Below, in pieces: positions 57,908 to 64,000 of a stretch of DNA of 64,000 nt. The DNA comes from Azolla caroliniana (lineage: Eukaryota; Plantae; Polypodiophyta). The stretch's first letter is position 1; every line of letters begins with the position of its first letter. The stretch spans positions 15,810,001 through 15,874,000 of the forward strand of contig JBHGNT010000008.1 of the NCBI GenBank assembly GCA_043228905.1. The letters are read 5' to 3'. The notes beneath the pieces are model-generated. The model searched no databases. It had not been told where the DNA came from and worked only from the letters and a program-made list of their open reading frames with translations. The position numbers were made by a program, and so were the translations under genes.

Positions 57908-60900
57908 TGTTGAGAGACAAGCTCAACATTGGCCGGATCGGCTGAAGAAGCCGAGGACCGGATCGGTTGGGACCGATCGGTTAGGCCGAGTGCGTAAACT
58001 GGGAGGTCGTTAGGAAAGATATTCCGTGAGGAATATATTTGGGAGTTAGTGTAGGAGTTCTTGATGAGCATTGAAGTACTGTCAGTACTTCGGTCAGTCC
58101 TTCTAGGACTTGTATAAAAGTGTTCACTGAGCATGTCTTATGTACAGACTGAGTATTATTGTTGAATATAGTTCTTGTGTTCTCTCTCTGTCTCTCCCGC
58201 GTATACTGCGTAAGCTCAAGCTCCCCATTAAACCTGAGTTTTCTTCCTTTTGTTCGGTCTTATACTTGCTTCCGCACGTTACTTTTTATATGGTATCAGA
58301 GCGCGAGGGTTGAGAACCTCTCTGCAGCCGACACAACTTGACGAAGAAGAACAAGCAGAACGATGGATAGAGGCATGGCGAGCTCGCTTCCAACAGAGAA
58401 GCTCGACAGAACCAACTATGCGTCTTGGTCCTACAAGATGCACCAGTACATGCTCGGGCACGGCTACTGGAGTTATGTCGAAGGAGCTAATGACGCGGCA
58501 CCCGAATCGACACACAGAGACTTCCCGTCGTGGGAGCAATCGGCGAGCAGGGTATTATACTGCTTCGCGTCGTGTGTGGGCGAACAACTATTGAGCTATG
58601 TTCGGGATGCAAAGACGCCGAAGGGTGCGTGGGAAAATCTGAAGAAGATTTTCGCTGCGAGCACCACAACCAGGAAGCTTCAGCTCCGACAGGAGTTGAG
58701 CAACCTACGACAACGCGACTTGTCGGTGGCGGACTATACCTCGAAGATCAAGGATATCTGCGACTCCCTCGCCTCCTTAGAGGTGAACATCGAGGAGAGT
58801 GAGATGGTCCAGATCTGTCTCGGAGGTTTGACGTCGAAGTTCGGAGCGTTCCGAACAGGTGTGTGTACCCGGGAGAATACGCCGTCCTTTTTCGACTTAC
58901 AGTCAATGCTCCTGGTAGAGGAGAACCACGCGGGTGCGTCTACAAGCACGCACACCGACAACAAAATGCTGTACACGGAGGGAGATAGGCCCCGTGGATG
59001 TGGAGGACGAGGCGAGTCGGCGTGCAATGGAGGCGGCCGACGAGATCAGGGAAGAATGCACCGAAGTGATGCCGACAGCAACTCCGAACCCTTCGGAAAC
59101 AGGGGGAGTCAAAGCGATGAGAACCGGCAAGGGAAGTCTATCGCGGAGTGCTGGTACTGTGGCAAGAAAGGCCACAGGGAAAGTGAGTGCTGGAAGAAGC
59201 GCGCCGATTCGGAGAGAACTGGTTCTGGGAGCGGCTCCAGACATACCGACAAGGGAAATCGGCAGCGATCGCACTACGCCGAAGACTTCGGGAGAGTCGA
59301 AGCAAACTCAATGAAACAGACCACCCCGAGATCGGACGAGGTGTGGTACGTAGACTCCGGCGCATCAAACCACATGACGAGCCATAAGGAGTGGTTCTCG
59401 TACCTTGAAAAACCGATACAACCTGGAGTAGTCGCAACAGGAGACGACACTCCGCATCCGATCGCGAATGTCGGAGAAGTTCCCCTTAGCCATGTCGGGC
59501 AGAAAGGGAAACTCATGAACGTGCTGCACGTTCCACAATCACGAAAAACCTGGTCTCGGTCGGACAGATCGTTGACCAAGGGATGGAGGTTCGGTTTACA
59601 CACCTCAGGTGCTTCATTGAGGAAGAAGGCCGTGTGATTGCGCAAGGGCGCAGAGACGGGAGGATGTTCATCCTCGACTCCACTGACGGCGGCACCGCAA
59701 TGTTCGCGAAGGGACAAAAGACCGAGTCGGACATCGACTTGTGGCACAAGCGGATTGGCCACGTCAACTACAAGCGGCTTCAAGATCTGCAATCGAAACA
59801 GGTAGTGTTCGGATTGCCCAAATTTAGTGGCCGAAAGGCACAAATTTGTGAAGCCTACCAACTCGGGAAGCAACACCGACTTCCTTTCCCCAACGAGCGG
59901 AACCGGAGCCGGAACAAGCTCGACCTTATACACTCCGATGTGTGGGGGCCGGCACAAAACGTTAGTCTTGGCGGGAGCCGATATTTCGTCTCCTTCATCG
60001 ACGACCACACGCGGCACACGTGGATCTACCTCATTGAGAGGAAGAGCGAAGTCTTCGACTGTTTCCGTGACCTCAAAGGGTTCGTGGAAACGGAAACAGG
60101 ACGGAAGATCAAGTGCTTGCGGTCGGATGGCGGAAAAGAGTACTTTTCCGGTCAATTCAACGGTTATCTACAACAAATGGGAATTCGCCGCGAATTCAGT
60201 TGTAGATACACGCCGGAGCAGAACGGCGTGGCCGAGAGGAAGAATCGGTCAGTTGTGGAAGCGGCACGGGCAATGCTGGAGGAGAAGAGCTTGCCCAAGT
60301 TCTATTGGGCCGAGGCGGTAAGGACCGCGGTATACATCCAGAACCGGATCGGAGACAAAGTGTCGGCGCACGAGCTATATTTTGGAACGAAGCCGAACTT
60401 GCGACACTTGAGGGTGTTCGGTAGCATTGCGTATGTGCATGTATCGAAGGAGAAAAGGAGGAAGCTGGATGCAAAGGCTGAGGAATGCATCTTGGTCGGT
60501 TACTCGGACGAGCAGAAGGGTTATAAGTGCTATAACCCTCGCACCAAACAAGCGCGTGTTAGCCGCGACGTTGTGTTTGACGAGTCCGTGTCCTGGTACC
60601 AGCTCCCGACTCCGAACCCCAACTCCAATCCGAGCTCTGACGATGAGGTTAGCGAGGCCGAGATGCCTCCGCATGAGCCCGAAATCGAGACCCGCGAAGA
60701 GAGTCCGATTTCACTCCGTTTAAGTGGACCGATTGGACGACTGAGTCAGTACGACCAGTCCGATGAAGAGCCGACGAGTAGTGGAGACTCGGCCGTGCAT
60801 TCCCCGCGTAGGAAGCCGAGGAGACGGCTTACGCGCAAAGAGAAAGGGAAGAAGAAGGTGTCGGATTCCGGCATGGATAAGAAAAAGTCAGACCGACACG

Positions 60901-63514
60901 AGTCCGACTCCGAGGGAACCAATGACGGGTCTTTAAAGGTGAAGACCGCGTCGACCGAGAAGGCCTCGACATCGGCTAATGAGAGATTACGCCGATCTAC
61001 CCGCTAGAAGAATCCTGTTTTGCGGTTTGGATACAACGAGTACATGGCGCATCATTATGCGTACATGACCCGTGTAGTGGAAGTGCGTGAGCCGGAGAAC
61101 TACGCAGAAGCGGTTAAAGACGCGAATTGGCGTGCCGCGATGGAGGAAGAGATGCACGCATTGGCGGAGAACGAGACCTGGGACCTGGTTGACGCACCAA
61201 CAGGGGTAAAACCAATCGGGTGTAGGTGGGTGTACAAGGTCAAGTACAACACCGATGGCTCGGTCAACCGGTACAAGGCTCGGCTAGTGGCAAAGGGCTA
61301 CGTGCAAAAACACGACATCGACTACGATGAGACGTTTGCGCCTGTCGCGAAAATGATGACTGTCCGTGTTTTGCTCGCAGTAGCTGCGGCGAAGGGGTGG
61401 CACTTACATCAGATGGATGTAAAGAATGCATTCCTACAAGGTGACCTTAAGGAACAGGTGTACATGGTACAGACCCCCGGATTTCACTCCGGAACGAACT
61501 CCTCGGCAGTATGCCGACTGAAGAAGTCCCTTTACGGACTAAAGCAAGCCCCGCATGCCTGGAACGCAAAGATCACGCAACAACTGCGTCGGATGGGCTT
61601 CGTCACGTCAAAATCGGACTCTTCCCTGTTCATCCGGAAAGGTCGACTCGGACCAGTTAGTATTTTACTATATGTTGATGACTTGGTCATCACCGGCGCC
61701 GACCTAGGTGAAATCAACCGCGTCAAACTCCAACTTGCGGCATCGTTCGACATGAAGGATCTGGGGGACCTTCATTACTTCCTCGGGATCGAAGTGATCC
61801 GTACCCTCGAAGGCATATTGATCAGCCAACGTCATTACGTGTTGGGTATGCTCTTCAAACTCGGGATGGCCAACTGTAAGTCCGTCTCGACTCCTCTGGA
61901 CAGAACCATCAAGCTTCGTCCCGATACGGGAAAGGTATGCGACCCGACGAGGTTCCGGCAAATTGTCGAAAGCCTCATATACTTGACCATCACCCGACCC
62001 GACCTCAGTTATCCGGTCGGGGTGATCAATCAATTCATGGCGCGACCTACCGAGGAGCACCTTCAGTGTGCGCAACGCGTACTGCGATACATAAGTGGCA
62101 CTAAGGACCGAGGACTACTATATCGGACCGGTGCAGCCGCGCAGTTAGTTGGCTACACCGATGCTGATTGGGCTGGCAACGCCGCCGATCGCCGATCCAC
62201 GTCTGGATACGCGTTCTCCCTCAGGAGTGCCGCGATCACATGGAGCAGTAAGAAGCAGCCGACAGTTGCACTGTCGAGCACCAAAGCTGAGTACTGAGGA
62301 GCGGTTGCCGCAACATGCGAAGCCATATGGTTGAAGCGGCTACTTAAGGACCTGCACGTGGAGGTGTTAGATCCGACGACGATCTACTGCGACAACCTCA
62401 GCAGCATCCAGCTCGCGAAGAACCCCGTTTTCCACGCACGGACCAAGCACATTGAGGTGCATTACCATTTCGTACGTGAGCGTGTCCTTTCCGGTGAAGT
62501 CGAACTTCAGTACGTGCCGACGGATCGGCAGACTGCCGACATCTTCACAAAGCCGCTTGGTCTGGACAAGTTGCGGCAATTCTCAGGTGCGCTCGGGTTG
62601 CGTCACCTCGATGTGCCATACTTGAGGGGGAGAACAGTCCCGAACGACCAAGCAAGGCAACAGGAAAGGAGCGGAGACCGCGACACCGAGTCCGAGTCGG
62701 TTGACTCGGTTGTCGAGTTCGAGTTCGGATCGGCTGAAGAAGCCGAGGGGAGCAGCCGAAGGAGAGAGCCGATGCCAACCACGCATGGGGGAGATGATGC
62801 AATCAAGGACGAGAAGACCGAAGACGAGTTGGAGACAACCAACTCGGACGAGAGCGAAAACCGATCGGAAGTAGCCGAGTCGGTTCGGATGTTTGATTCA
62901 GACACGTTGAATCAACCGAGGCCCAAGCGGAAGAAAAGGCAGTAGAAGAAGTGTCGACACCGCAACAACAGAAGAGCTGATAAGGGTCACATGAGCAGAC
63001 AAGCCGACCGTAAGGGTCGAAGCGCGTAGAGTCGAACAGGTCGAGGAGCGCGAGCAAGGCGTGAAGCGAGGAGGAACCGGAGCTGTGAGCCCGAGGATCC
63101 CGAAGCGCCTTGAGTTGAGCTTGAGGGGGAGTGTTGAGAGACAACCTCAACATCGGCCGGATCGGCTGAAGAAGCCGAGGACCGGATCGGTTGGGACCGA
63201 TCGGTTAGGCTGAGTGCGTAAACCGGGAGGTCGTTAGGAAAGATATTCCGTGAGGAATATATTTGGGAGTTAGTGTAGGAGCTCTTGATGAGCATTGAAG
63301 CACTGTCAGTACTTCGGTCAGTCCTTCTAGGACTTGTATAAAAGTGTTCACTGAGCACGTCTTATGTACAGACTAAGTATTATTGTTGAATATAGTTCTT
63401 GTGTTCTCTCTCTGTCTCTCCCGCGTATACTGCGTAAGCTCAAGCTCCCCATTAAACCTGAGTTTTCTTCCTTCTGTTCGGTCTTATACTTGCTTCCGCA
63501 CGTTACTTTTTATA
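57908..63514 (+). mobile_element. Full-length Ty1/Copia element: LTRs 57908-58290 and 63132-63514 (383 bp each), TSD ATAAG, PBS TGGTATCAGAGC 58291-58302, PPT ~63119-63131
   Basis: Both LTRs, the 5-bp TSD, PBS and PPT are seen directly. About 9 LTR mismatches by manual count. Confidence 0.97.
58363..62945 (+). pseudogene. Copia gag-pol disabled by a frameshift (~59535) and two in-frame stops (61005-61007, 62295-62297)
   Basis: Gag, CWYCGKKGHRESEC, WYVDSGASNHMT, WHKRIGH, integrase core, RT (LYVDDL) and RNase H (YTDADW, IYCDN, ADIFTK) are split over four ORFs. Confidence 0.93.
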
Positions 63515-64000
63515 ATAAGTACATGAACATAAAACACAATCGAGGTATTGACCTCTTACTCACACAACACAAATCACATATCAAATACATGGCAATGGAG
63601 GTATTGACCACATATACATATGTAACATATGTGCGCTTTATAAAACCAAAGGATTACCACTACAACATAATTGAATCATTGAAATGATTACATAATGACA
63701 TAAACATGATTAGAATGGGAGAAGAAAGAATAGAAAAAAAATTAAGGGAAGTACCAAAGTTCCTTTGTTGATGCGTTTTTGGATCACGCTTGAATGAACG
63801 TCGATCAATCACCATCTAAAGTCAAAACACAACAAAAGAAACATTAGAAAAAATGTTGGGACATCAACTGTTAGAGCTTAATTCTAATGTAAACAAAAGA
63901 TAAAGAAATATAAGATAGGTATATAAAGAAGAGAGAGAAGGAAGGGTGCTGATCCACTTGACCACCCCCGAGAGAAGGGATCAAGACGGACTTGAGCCTC

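Overview
Eukaryotic nuclear DNA from a land plant, probably a fern or other seed-free vascular plant. This is inferred from the spliceosomal genes, PLS-type PPR, plant intron-containing tRNA-Met and Copia/Gypsy/LINE content; the species cannot be determined. Six protein-coding genes can be reconstructed with phase-consistent splice sites: a DUF2358-like gene, a small single-TM plastid protein gene with a ~16.2-kb TE-filled intron, PYG7/Ycf37, a PLS-E PPR, RFC3 (plastid bS6-like) and a PH-domain oxysterol-binding protein. There are also two tRNA genes, a Gypsy element with an intact gag-pol and extra ORF but no 3' LTR, a full-length decayed Copia with TG..TA LTRs, two further Copia remnants, LINE fragments, MITEs and many tandem repeats. 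The most striking observation: the two divergent, unrelated plastid-protein genes at ~21.5-23.6 kb share an inverted duplication covering 5' leader, exon 1, intron 1 and exon 2. This looks like one gene acquiring its transit-peptide module from its neighbour. All calls come from manual reading and no database searches were run.
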